Below, piece after piece: positions 11,202 to 20,304 of a DNA stretch of 64,000 nucleotides (the stretch's first letter is position 1; every line of letters starts with the position of its first letter). Below the pieces are notes generated by a model. The model did not search any database and was not told the DNA's origin. It saw nothing but the letters and a program-made list of their open reading frames with translations. Both the position numbers and the translations under genes were made by a program. Origin of the DNA: Actinomycetota bacterium. GTDB lineage: Bacteria > Actinomycetota > Actinomycetes > S36-B12. Location of the stretch: NCBI GenBank assembly GCA_005798555.1, contig SYJA01000087.1, forward strand, positions 5,157-69,156. The letters are read 5' to 3'.

Positions 11202-11281
11202 ACCCTAGCCCAGCAGCCCTGCAGAGCGGCCCAGCAACCAACCGGTCAGCCGATCTGGTCACTAGCCTCTAGACTCAGACG

Positions 11282-12391
11282 ATGCCAGCGCCGTCTGCAG
11301 CACCCATGAAGTTATCGCCATTTGATGCGGCGGAACTAAGGAAGCGCGTGCAGTGTGCGATAGACACGGTCCTAGCGCAGGAATCTGAGCGGCTGACGAA
11401 GATTGATCCCGATCTACTCCCACTTATTGAAGCATTGACGGTCTTACTTGGCGGCGGCAAGCGACTGCGACCGGCCTTTTGCTACTGGGGCTGGCGCGGT
11501 GCGCTAGCCAGCGGTCGGCCACCGGCCGAACTTGACGAACCTGCGATGCGGGCGGCCTCCGCCCTGGAATTCTTACAGGGGTGTGCCCTGGTTCACGATG
11601 ACGTCATGGATGGGTCCGACACCCGACGCGGGCAACCGGCCGCCCACCGGCGCTTCGCGAACCTGCACCGCAATCATTCTTGGCTTGGCTCCCCCGAGCA
11701 TTTTGGCATCGGCACGGCAATCTTGCTGGGTGATATGTGCCTGTCGTGGTCAGATCAAATGCTGCTAACCAGCGGCATGCCCGATACTGCGCTCCACCGG
11801 GTCAAGCCCATCTACGACGAGATGCGCACCGAGCTGATGGCTGGTCAGTACCTCGATCTCCTCGAACAAGCCCGCGGTGGTGGCTCCATTGAGCGAGCCC
11901 TGCGTGTGGTGCGCTACAAATCCGCAAAGTACACGATCGAGAAGCCACTGCACCTGGGCGCCGCACTTGCTGGTGGCTCCCCCGAGGTGTTCGCAACCTA
12001 CACGGCATTCGGCCTGCCCCTTGGCGAGGCGTTTCAACTACGCGATGACGTACTCGGGGTGTTCGGCGACCCGAAGGAAACCGGCAAACCAGCAGGTGAC
12101 GACCTTCGCGAGGGCAAGCGCACGGTGCTAATCGCGATTGCATCGGAGCGGGCCACGAGTGCTCAGATGTCAGCGATCCGCACCCACCTTGGTGATCCGG
12201 CACTTGATCTAGCCGGGGTTGAGGAGCTCCGCGAGATTATTGCGGCCACCGGTGCCCGCGAGCATGCAGAACACCTCATCGCCAGTCTGCTTGAGACCTC
12301 TCTCATTGCCATTGAGACTGACATCATCAACCCCGAGGCGCGTTCAATCTTCACTGAACTTGCCCACGCCGCAACTAAGAGATCGGGCTGA
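11282..12391 (+). CDS. idsA: Polyprenyl (geranylgeranyl) diphosphate synthase
   Basis: 369 aa with both Asp-rich motifs (LVHDDVMDGSDTRRG and FQLRDDVLGVFGD). Lies upstream of crtI and crtB, so it acts as crtE here. Confidence 0.85.
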   Translation: MPAPSAAPMKLSPFDAAELRKRVQCAIDTVLAQESERLTKIDPDLLPLIEALTVLLGGGKRLRPAFCYWGWRGALASGRPPAELDEPAMRAASALEFLQGCALVHDDVMDGSDTRRGQPAAHRRFANLHRNHSWLGSPEHFGIGTAILLGDMCLSWSDQMLLTSGMPDTALHRVKPIYDEMRTELMAGQYLDLLEQARGGGSIERALRVVRYKSAKYTIEKPLHLGAALAGGSPEVFATYTAFGLPLGEAFQLRDDVLGVFGDPKETGKPAGDDLREGKRTVLIAIASERATSAQMSAIRTHLGDPALDLAGVEELREIIAATGAREHAEHLIASLLETSLIAIETDIINPEARSIFTELAHAATKRSG

Positions 12392-12417
12392 TCAATTCGC
12401 ATGTCAAGGCAAGTTGG

Positions 12418-13989
12418 ATGAACCTGTCAAAGGGCCGATCACTTACCCGCTGGTTGCCGCGCACGACCCCGCGAATCGTCAGCGGGCCCACCGATCACGT
12501 TGTCATTGTTGGCGCGGGGCTCGCCGGCCTCTCCGCGGCGATGCGTCTAGCCGGAGCCGGGCGCCAGGTCACGGTTCTAGAACGCGAGCTAGTGCCGGGT
12601 GGTCGCGCTGGGCGCATAGACATTGAGACAGTGGACGGCACTTACAAGTTCGACACCGGTCCAACCGTCTTGACGATGCCCGACCTGATCGCCGACTGCT
12701 TCGATGCATTAGGTGAGGACATGCAAGATTGGCTTGAGCTTAAGCCGGTGGCCCCGCTCTACCGCGCCTTCTACCCCGATGGCTCGATTCTTAATGTGCA
12801 CGCCGATGTTGCGCAGATGGCCCAAGAGATTACCGAAGTAATTGGCGCAGATGAGGCTGCGGGATATTTGAGGTATGTTGATTTTGTCTCGAAGCTCTAC
12901 AAGTACGAGATGAAGGATTTTATCGACCGCAATATCGACAACCCATTCGATTTAGTCACCCCCGATCTCGCAAAGCTGGTGGCCATCGGCGGGTTTCGCA
13001 AACTGGCTCCAAAGGTGCGTGAATATCTAAAAGATCCCCGCACCGAGCGCATCTACTCCTTCCAGGCGATGTATGCAGGGCTGTCCCCGTACGACGCACT
13101 TGCGATCTATGCCGTAATCGCCTACATGGATTCAATCGCGGGGGTGTACTTCCCGACAGGTGGCATGCACGCACTCCCCGTCGCGATGGCAGCGGCCGCT
13201 GAAAAACATGGTGTCAGTATCAAGTACGCGACCACTGTCACTTCGGTCGAAACTAATGGTGACCGCGCTACCGCGGTGATCACCTCCTCCGGTGACCGGA
13301 TCGAAGCCGATGTAGTCGTGCTAAACCCTGACCTTCCGGTGGCCTACCGAGATCTTCTCGGCAAAACCCCCTGGTCGGTCGGTCGGCTGGACTACTCCCC
13401 ATCCTGCTTCCTGATGCTTGCCGGATCTACCGCTAACTACACCAAGATCGCTCACCACAATATTCACTTTGGGCGAAGCTGGCGCGGCGTATTCGATGAG
13501 CTGATCGACAAAAAGCAGCTCATGAGTGACCCGAGTGTCCTTGTCACCAACCCCTCTCGCTCGGACCCAACTTTGGCACCTGCTGGAAAACAGATTTACT
13601 ACGTTCTCTTTCCCACCCCGAATCTCGATGCAGATATTGATTGGCGAAACACCAGCCCAAGGTATCGCGATGAGGTGGTGCGGGTACTTGAAGAACGAGG
13701 ATATATCGGCTTTGGCGATGCAATTAAAGTTGAGAACATCACCACCCCACTGGATTGGCAAGATCGCGGCATGGAGCGCGGCGCACCATTTGCGGCCGCC
13801 CACTCATTCCTGCAAACCGGACCATTTAGGCCAGGTAACCTCTGGGGTGAAAATGTGGTCTTCACCGGTTCGGGCACCCAGCCGGGCGTAGGTGTACCTA
13901 TGGTCCTGGTCTCCGGCCGGCTTGCTGCTGAGCGTATTGTCGGCAAGGACCCGAACTATCACTCGCGTGCCCGCAGGAGTGGAAATTGA
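12418..13989 (+). CDS. crtI: Phytoene desaturase
   Basis: 523 aa with FAD fold VVIVGAGLAGLSAAMRLA. CrtI-like throughout and translationally coupled to crtB. Confidence 0.85.
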   Translation: MNLSKGRSLTRWLPRTTPRIVSGPTDHVVIVGAGLAGLSAAMRLAGAGRQVTVLERELVPGGRAGRIDIETVDGTYKFDTGPTVLTMPDLIADCFDALGEDMQDWLELKPVAPLYRAFYPDGSILNVHADVAQMAQEITEVIGADEAAGYLRYVDFVSKLYKYEMKDFIDRNIDNPFDLVTPDLAKLVAIGGFRKLAPKVREYLKDPRTERIYSFQAMYAGLSPYDALAIYAVIAYMDSIAGVYFPTGGMHALPVAMAAAAEKHGVSIKYATTVTSVETNGDRATAVITSSGDRIEADVVVLNPDLPVAYRDLLGKTPWSVGRLDYSPSCFLMLAGSTANYTKIAHHNIHFGRSWRGVFDELIDKKQLMSDPSVLVTNPSRSDPTLAPAGKQIYYVLFPTPNLDADIDWRNTSPRYRDEVVRVLEERGYIGFGDAIKVENITTPLDWQDRGMERGAPFAAAHSFLQTGPFRPGNLWGENVVFTGSGTQPGVGVPMVLVSGRLAAERIVGKDPNYHSRARRSGN

Positions 13990-14939
13990 GTTCAAGGGAT
14001 CTTGATGCTGCAGGCATCATCGACCCGGACTTAAGAGCCTCGTATGAACTTTGCCGGCAATTAAACGCCGCGCACGGCAAGACTTACTATTTGGCGACTT
14101 TATTACTGCCGCCCGGCAAACGCCCATATGTGCACGCGCTGTACGGGTTCGCAAGATATGCCGATGAGATAGTTGATGACCTCGCTTCCGCCCTGACCGA
14201 ACAGCAAAAGGCAGACTGGCTGCTGACCTGGGGTCAAACATTTCTCGATGACCTAGACAAGGGCTACTCAACTGATGCAGTGTGCCGAGCCGTCATCGAC
14301 ACCGTCCAGCGCTGGGACATCCCGAAAAGTCACTTTGCGGCCTTCCTGCACTCGATGCAGATGGACTTGACAGTTACGCACTATCAAACATTTGCCGATC
14401 TCTATGAATACGTGTACGGGTCGGCAGCCGTGATTGGACTGCAGATGGTGCCGATCCTCGAACCCACTTCACTCGAAGCGGCCGAAAAAGCCAAAGACCT
14501 GGGGGTCGCCTTTCAGCTCGCTAACTTTGTTCGCGATGTCGGCGAAGATCTTGACCGGGGTCGGGTGTATTTGCCACTTGACGAACTTGAGAAGTTTGGG
14601 GTTTATCCTGCCGATTTGCAGGCACGGGTCGCCACCCCCGAGATCAAGAGTGCCCTGCGTTATCAAATTGCCCGGGTTAAGGAACTAGAAGAGCGGTCAA
14701 GGCCCGGGATCTCGATGCTCCATCCATCATCCCAGGACTGCATTGAAGCCGCCCGGGTCCTTTATTGTGGGATTGTCGATGAGGTCGAAAAAATCGACTA
14801 CGAGGTGTTCACCAAGCGTGCATCCGTCCCGATGACGCGCCGGCTCAGCGTCGCGGGGCCAGCTTGGCTGCGCGCGCGACGCGCACGTCGACGATTTGGA
14901 TCCGGGCACGTGCGCGGCCTACATCAAAATGCAAGTTAG
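13986..14939 (+). CDS. crtB: Phytoene synthase
   Basis: 317 aa with squalene/phytoene synthase motifs YGFARYADEIVDD and FQLANFVRDVGEDLDRGRVYLP. Confidence 0.9.
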   Translation: MSSRDLDAAGIIDPDLRASYELCRQLNAAHGKTYYLATLLLPPGKRPYVHALYGFARYADEIVDDLASALTEQQKADWLLTWGQTFLDDLDKGYSTDAVCRAVIDTVQRWDIPKSHFAAFLHSMQMDLTVTHYQTFADLYEYVYGSAAVIGLQMVPILEPTSLEAAEKAKDLGVAFQLANFVRDVGEDLDRGRVYLPLDELEKFGVYPADLQARVATPEIKSALRYQIARVKELEERSRPGISMLHPSSQDCIEAARVLYCGIVDEVEKIDYEVFTKRASVPMTRRLSVAGPAWLRARRARRRFGSGHVRGLHQNAS

Positions 14940-15313
14940 CGGCGCCAGATAGGTGGTCCGGCTTTCGGTGTGCGCTGCACACCATGGCGCCCTAGCCAAA
15001 CCCAGCAGCCCAACGACAGCAACACGAGTGAGAATCCGAAAAGCAGATCCTCGACCGGCGCGAAGGCGAGTCGGCCATCACCGATGAATGGAGGTGCACC
15101 AACTTCTGGTGAAGAACCACCGATAATAGCCGAGCCGTCATAGCGCACGATCGCGAACCCCGTGAACATGCCGTTGGTTATCAGTTGAAAGAAAACGATG
15201 ATCGCGTACGAGACCCAGAACACCTTGCGGGTCACTAATTTGGTGCGCAGAAGGCACATATCGATTAAGACTGCGAGGATCACGGCTAGGCACCCAAGTT
15301 GCGTGTAAGTCAT
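14936..15313 (-). CDS. crtYd: Lycopene cyclase domain protein (heterodimeric lycopene beta-cyclase subunit)
   Basis: Small 3-TM protein. Start trimmed to the ATG at 15313, which forms an ATGA overlap with the stop of the upstream cyclase subunit. Confidence 0.7.
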   Translation of the reverse strand: MTYTQLGCLAVILAVLIDMCLLRTKLVTRKVFWVSYAIIVFFQLITNGMFTGFAIVRYDGSAIIGGSSPEVGAPPFIGDGRLAFAPVEDLLFGFSLVLLSLGCWVWLGRHGVQRTPKAGPPIWRR

Positions 15314-15672
15314 GACGCGCCGTCCGCATCGCCGACCGCCCACCCTTTGACCGATCGCACGGCCTCCAAGGTCAAAATCGAAGCGATCGGAATGACGATG
15401 AAGAACAGCACCTCATCGACGGGGACCGCGCCTGGCAAGTACCATCCTGATATGCGATCTTCATCAAACCACCAGTGGCCATTTGCGATTGCGTAAGCAT
15501 CCCAGCAAAAGAACATGATGACCGCCGGGACGATGCTCAAGGCCAATCGTTTAGCCCGGCGAAATACCCGGGTGCGGCAAGTTACCTCAAGCCAGGCACT
15601 GCCCGCCAAGACGAAAATCAAGATCGCCACATATGACAAATTCGCCGGCACGGTCATATACTCTCCTAACAC
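15310..15672 (-). CDS. crtYc: Lycopene cyclase domain protein (heterodimeric lycopene beta-cyclase subunit)
   Basis: 120 aa, 3 TM. Paired with and overlapping the second subunit, the typical actinobacterial crtYc/crtYd arrangement. Confidence 0.7.
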   Translation of the reverse strand: MLGEYMTVPANLSYVAILIFVLAGSAWLEVTCRTRVFRRAKRLALSIVPAVIMFFCWDAYAIANGHWWFDEDRISGWYLPGAVPVDEVLFFIVIPIASILTLEAVRSVKGWAVGDADGAS

Positions 15673-15780
15673 AACTAAACATGCACGGGAGCTCCTGCCT
15701 AGTGGAGCTGAGAGGGCGACAGCACGGCGTCGCCGACCGTTCGAACCTGTCCGGGTAATGCCGGCGTAGGGAGGATCCCA

Positions 15781-16386
15781 ATGTCAATGTTCATGAACGT
15801 GGCCTTCAGTGCGTGGAATAATGAGGTAACGGTGCTTGAGTTGCTGGCCGTGATTACCGCATTTATCGGAATCGGTCTGGCCATCCGCGGGACGCGGTGG
15901 GCGTGGCCATTCTATTTCCTCTCCAGTGCCCTTTATGGCTGGCTGCTCTGGGAGTACGCCCTCTACGGCACCGCGGCCCTGCAATTGGTTTTTATTGCCG
16001 CTGCAATCTGGGGTTGGTTCGGGTGGGGGGCAAAATCCATCACCCCCACCACCGTCAGTAATCGCACCCGCCTGATCCTTGTGGCTGGCAGTCTCGTGGC
16101 CTGGCTCGCCTTGGTGCCCGTCCTCGCAGCACTCGGGGATCCGGCGCCTTGGCCCGACACTTTCGTCTTTGTCGGTGGTGTCGTCGCCCAGGTATTGATG
16201 GTCCGTGAGTACGCGGAGTCGTGGGTACTTTGGATTGTCGTAAATGTTGTGGGAGCCGCTCTTTACGCGACACAAAACCTCTGGTTCACCTCGTTGTTCT
16301 ACGGGGCGCTACTTGTGCTGGCGGTCATTGGCCTGCGCAGTTGGCTCGCCAAGCGGGCACCGCTCCCGGGTTCGACTCACCTATGA
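15781..16386 (+). CDS. pnuC: Nicotinamide riboside transporter PnuC
   Basis: 201 aa, multi-TM and Trp-rich (WAWPFYF, WGWFGW). Coupled to a NadR-type kinase gene. Confidence 0.8.
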   Translation: MSMFMNVAFSAWNNEVTVLELLAVITAFIGIGLAIRGTRWAWPFYFLSSALYGWLLWEYALYGTAALQLVFIAAAIWGWFGWGAKSITPTTVSNRTRLILVAGSLVAWLALVPVLAALGDPAPWPDTFVFVGGVVAQVLMVREYAESWVLWIVVNVVGAALYATQNLWFTSLFYGALLVLAVIGLRSWLAKRAPLPGSTHL

Positions 16387-16925
16387 GCGAGGCAACTGGA
16401 ACATCACGGAAAATTGGGCTATTGGGCGGGGAATGCACCGGCAAAACCACTCTCGCCAAAGCCTTATGCGACCACCTTGATGCGGTCGTCGTACCCGAGT
16501 ATCTACGCGACTTCGTCAGCATCACTGGGCGGGTGCCAATTGCCTTGGAGCAATCCGACATCATGACCACGCAAATTGCCGCCGAGAATTCAGCCCTAGC
16601 CGCTAGCCCACATGCGCTGCTCCTTTGCGACCCCGCTGCCCTAATGACCGCCATCTACAGCCTCGCCTACTTCGGCGATCGCTCGTTACTTGATTCCGCC
16701 ACCTTGCACGCCGCGACATACCGAACTCTCATTTGGTGTGGCACCGACATCCCCTGGGAGCCTGATGGCAACCAGCGGGACGGACCGGAATACCGAGACC
16801 GGGTCGATGGCCTGATCGCCGAGGTGGTTGGCAGTGATCTCGTGCCTGCCGGTATCAAAGTACATCGAATTGACGGCACAGTTGACGATCGACTGCGGGC
16901 AGTCGTGGAGTTGCTGGAGCAATAG
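16383..16925 (+). CDS. AAA/P-loop kinase, NadR C-terminal (ribosylnicotinamide kinase)-like
   Basis: Start re-chosen at the internal ATG 16383 (ATGA overlap with the pnuC stop). P-loop GGECTGKTTLAKAL; later DIPWEPDGNQRD resembles the NadR RNK domain. Confidence 0.65.
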   Translation: MSEATGTSRKIGLLGGECTGKTTLAKALCDHLDAVVVPEYLRDFVSITGRVPIALEQSDIMTTQIAAENSALAASPHALLLCDPAALMTAIYSLAYFGDRSLLDSATLHAATYRTLIWCGTDIPWEPDGNQRDGPEYRDRVDGLIAEVVGSDLVPAGIKVHRIDGTVDDRLRAVVELLEQ

Positions 16926-16995
16926 GGCGCCCTCGAACAGGGAAAGCAAGCGTGGCAACAGCACCGGCACGTGGGACGTACCTAGAATCACAAGG

Positions 16996-18855
16996 GTGGA
17001 GCAGTCTGTACCGGACCCGTTAGTCGGGCAGACGATTGATGGACGCTATTTGGTCCGCGCGCGCCTCGCCCGGGGCGGGATGGCCACCGTTTACGAGGCC
17101 GTTGATTTGCGTTTGGACCGCGTGGTCGCACTCAAGGTCATGCACCGCCACCTTGCCGAAGACCCGGATTTCGTGGCCCGGTTTGAGCGTGAGGCGAAAT
17201 CGGCAGCGCGCCTTTCGCACCCACATGTTGTCGCCGTCTACGACCAAGGGCACAGTGACAACCTGATCTACCTGGCCATGGAGATGGTGCCCGGGCGCAC
17301 TTTGCGCGATGTGATGCGCGACTTCGGGCCACTAACCCCCGAGCAGGCCCTGGTAATCCTTGACCCGGTCCTCGAGGGCCTGGCTGCCGCACACGCCGCC
17401 GGCTTCGTGCATCGCGATATTAAGCCGGAGAATGTGCTGCTAGCCGACGATGGTCGGGTGAAAGTTGCCGACTTCGGGTTGGCGCGGGCGGTTTCAACCT
17501 CAAATACCAGCGCCACCCAAGGACTGATCATGGGCACGGTCGCATACCTGTCACCCGAACAAGTCGAACGCGGTGACGCCGACGAACGCTCAGATCTTTA
17601 TGCAGCAGGGATCCTGCTTTTCGAAATGGTGACCGGGCAGGTCCCGCATGCGGGCGACAGTCCGCTTTCCGTCGCCTATGCCCATGTCAACAACGACGTT
17701 CCGGCGCCGTCCAAGATTCGGCCGACGGTGCCACCTGAGATCGACGCCCTAGTCGTTCGCGCAACGCGTCGCGAGGCGAACTTGCGTTACCAGCGAGCCG
17801 CCGAGTTCCTGGCCGATGTAAGAAGGATCCGCGTTAATCTGCCACCACCTAGGCCGTTCGTAGAGGCACATGACACCTTGGTGGTTGACGCTTCGGTCGC
17901 AGCGCGTCTCGCCGCCGGTAAACCGGTGGCACCCTCGCCGGCAGTCTCACCAGCAATCGCTGAGACCAGACACCGGCGCAAGGGACCTTGGGTCGCCTTA
18001 GTGATCGTGCTCGTCGTGCTGGGGGCCGGCATCGGCGGTTGGCTACTAGCCACCGGCAAATCGGTGCCGACTCCCGACATCGTTGGTCAATCCACCACGG
18101 CTGCCACCGAGATTCTTCGTGCGGCCGGGCTCTCGCTAGTTGTTGCCGAAGAGCAATTCAGTGAAGAGACACCGGCCGATCAAGTCATCAGTAGCGATCC
18201 GGCACCTGGTGCTGGGGTTCGCGAGGGGGGCGCCGTCGGCGCCGTCGTCTCCAAGGGCCCGGAGCGTTATGTCATACCAAATGTGCAAGGGCTCACGGCC
18301 GCCGAGGCAACCGCAGCGCTCACTGGGGCGAATTTGGTGATTGGCTCCACCACCACGGTATTTGACGACCGGGTACCCGCCAATGCGGTCTTTGGGACAA
18401 GTCCAGAGATCGGGACCGAGGTCAAACCGGGCACCAGCGTGGATATTTCGGTCTCCAAGGGACCAAAGCCGGTGCCTATTCCTGCTGTGGTGGGCAAGAA
18501 AGCCCCGGTAGCGGCCAGCGCACTGGCCGATCTTGGCCTCATCGTGATAACGAAGGAGAAATTCTCGGAGCAGGTGGCCGACGGGTTGGTCATCGCGATA
18601 CGGCCAGGCGAAGGCACGGTGGTCTACTCCGGTACCGAGGTTGACCTGGTCACCTCCAAAGGACCGCCGCCGGTTGAAGTGCCAAGCCTCGTTGACATGC
18701 CAAAGAACAAAGCAATTAGCACCCTTAAGGGCCTTGGCCTAAAACCGAAAGTCCTCGAGGCGGCAGCGACCCCACTTGATCGGGTCTATTCGCAGGACCC
18801 GCCGGCCGGCACCATGATCCCCAAGGGCAGCCAGGTCATTATTCGTATTATCTAG
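16996..18855 (+). CDS. Ser/Thr protein kinase with four extracellular PASTA domains
   Basis: Start re-chosen at GTG 16996 (VEQSVPDPLVGQTIDGRYLV...). Kinase motifs GGMATVYEA, HRDIKPENVLL, DFGLAR and SPEQ. One TM (WVALVIVLVVLGAGIGGWLLA), then four repeats of about 65 aa; the first three end in SKGP and the last runs to the C-terminus. Confidence 0.85.
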   Translation: MEQSVPDPLVGQTIDGRYLVRARLARGGMATVYEAVDLRLDRVVALKVMHRHLAEDPDFVARFEREAKSAARLSHPHVVAVYDQGHSDNLIYLAMEMVPGRTLRDVMRDFGPLTPEQALVILDPVLEGLAAAHAAGFVHRDIKPENVLLADDGRVKVADFGLARAVSTSNTSATQGLIMGTVAYLSPEQVERGDADERSDLYAAGILLFEMVTGQVPHAGDSPLSVAYAHVNNDVPAPSKIRPTVPPEIDALVVRATRREANLRYQRAAEFLADVRRIRVNLPPPRPFVEAHDTLVVDASVAARLAAGKPVAPSPAVSPAIAETRHRRKGPWVALVIVLVVLGAGIGGWLLATGKSVPTPDIVGQSTTAATEILRAAGLSLVVAEEQFSEETPADQVISSDPAPGAGVREGGAVGAVVSKGPERYVIPNVQGLTAAEATAALTGANLVIGSTTTVFDDRVPANAVFGTSPEIGTEVKPGTSVDISVSKGPKPVPIPAVVGKKAPVAASALADLGLIVITKEKFSEQVADGLVIAIRPGEGTVVYSGTEVDLVTSKGPPPVEVPSLVDMPKNKAISTLKGLGLKPKVLEAAATPLDRVYSQDPPAGTMIPKGSQVIIRII

Positions 18856-18891
18856 ACCCACCAGGTTAACGATTTTGATGAATGGAACTCC

Positions 18892-20304
18892 ATGCGCGAA
18901 CTTCCAGATGAGACCCGGCGAGCACTTGATATTCCAGCAGATATCTTGGCGTTGGATCCGGACCAGATGCGCCGCCTTGGCTACGGGGTTGTTGATCGAG
19001 TAATTGAGCACCTGACCACCCTGGGTGAACAACGGGCACTGACCACCGGTGACCTCATCGCCTTGACCACCCAATTAGGTGGTCCAATCCCCCGCCATGG
19101 CTCCTCGATCTCGGAAAACCTCACCAACCTCGCAGACATCGCTTTGGCCAATCAGCAACATGGTGAGCATCCGCGTTATTTCGCCCGCGTACCCGGCCCC
19201 TCCTCCTACCCAGCCATTCTCGGCGAATGGCTCGCCACCGGCATGCAGTCGGTGGCTTCCTCATGGGGTGGGGGCTCTGGCCCAAGCACCCTGGAAACCA
19301 TCGTCTGCTCCTGGCTGCGCGATGGGCTGGGCTTGGCCCCAGCATGTGAAGGGGTGCTGCTTTCTGGCGGCTCAATGGCAAATATCACCGCGGTGATCAC
19401 GGCACGCAATCTCAAGGGCCCGGGCATCATCTATCTTTCAGATCAAACCCATTCCTCGATCACGCGCGGCCTGCTTGCGATCGGGCAGCCTCCTGAGCAT
19501 ATTCGCATTCTCGCGACCGACAGCAGCTTTAAACTCAACCCAATCGATCTGCGTGCCGCCATCGAGATCGATATCGAAAATGGCTTACCCCCGATGCTGG
19601 TAGTTGCGACCGCGGGGACAACCAATACCGGCGCCGTCGACGACCTGCCAGCAATTGGCGCCATCTGCGAGTCGTACAAGATGTGGCTACATGTCGATGG
19701 CGCATACGGCGGCCCAGCCGCGCTCTGTGAACGCGGCCGATTAGCGCTACCTGGCCTAGACCGAGCCGACTCGTTCGTTACCGATCCACATAAGTGGCTA
19801 TTTCAGCCCTATGACATCGCCTGCCTGTTCGTCAAGACTCCCGGCGCCCTTGAACAGACCTTCGCGATGAACCCCGAGTACCTGAAGGACGTCGCTGGTG
19901 GCGCCGTCGAACTGCAAAACCGGAGTCTGGAGCTGACCCGCCGCAGTCGCGCCGTAAAACTCTGGCTCACCTTCCGGTCCTATGGGCTGGCGACCCTGGC
20001 AGCTGCGATACACCGTGGCATTGGCTTGGCGGAATACGCCCAATTTCTCGTGGAGCAGGACGAGCGACTCGAGATCATCACTCCGGCAGCCCTTGGAATC
20101 GTGACCTTCGCTGGAATGAATGCCGATGCCGCGAACCATGTGCGAGCAGCAGCTGACCTCACCGAGGATGGTTACGCCGCGGTCTCGAGCACGGTACTGA
20201 AGGGTCGAACCGTCCTACGGCTTTGCACCATCAATCCGAGCACCACCACCGATGACATCGCCGGCACCGTTGCCCGCCTTGCCCAGCTTCTCAGCCGAGG
20301 CTAG
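18892..20304 (+). CDS. Group II pyridoxal-dependent amino-acid decarboxylase
   Basis: 470 aa with HVDGAYGG and the PLP-lysine context DSFVTDPHKWLFQPYD. Substrate not assignable by eye. Confidence 0.75.
   Translation: MRELPDETRRALDIPADILALDPDQMRRLGYGVVDRVIEHLTTLGEQRALTTGDLIALTTQLGGPIPRHGSSISENLTNLADIALANQQHGEHPRYFARVPGPSSYPAILGEWLATGMQSVASSWGGGSGPSTLETIVCSWLRDGLGLAPACEGVLLSGGSMANITAVITARNLKGPGIIYLSDQTHSSITRGLLAIGQPPEHIRILATDSSFKLNPIDLRAAIEIDIENGLPPMLVVATAGTTNTGAVDDLPAIGAICESYKMWLHVDGAYGGPAALCERGRLALPGLDRADSFVTDPHKWLFQPYDIACLFVKTPGALEQTFAMNPEYLKDVAGGAVELQNRSLELTRRSRAVKLWLTFRSYGLATLAAAIHRGIGLAEYAQFLVEQDERLEIITPAALGIVTFAGMNADAANHVRAAADLTEDGYAAVSSTVLKGRTVLRLCTINPSTTTDDIAGTVARLAQLLSRG

Noticed and set aside
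11202-11281. Possible SAM or other methionine-related riboswitch in the metF leader.
   Set aside because: The 80-nt divergent spacer is shared with idsA. It is too short and lacks recognisable SAM-I, SAM-II or SAM-IV core sequences.
15673-15780. Possible NAD+-responsive riboswitch or NrtR/NiaR operator upstream of pnuC, and likewise upstream of nadA (50041-50130).
   Set aside because: Only a short hairpin (GGCGAC-N8-GTCGCC) is present. I could not match either region to the nadA-motif or pnuC-motif consensus, or to a palindromic operator.
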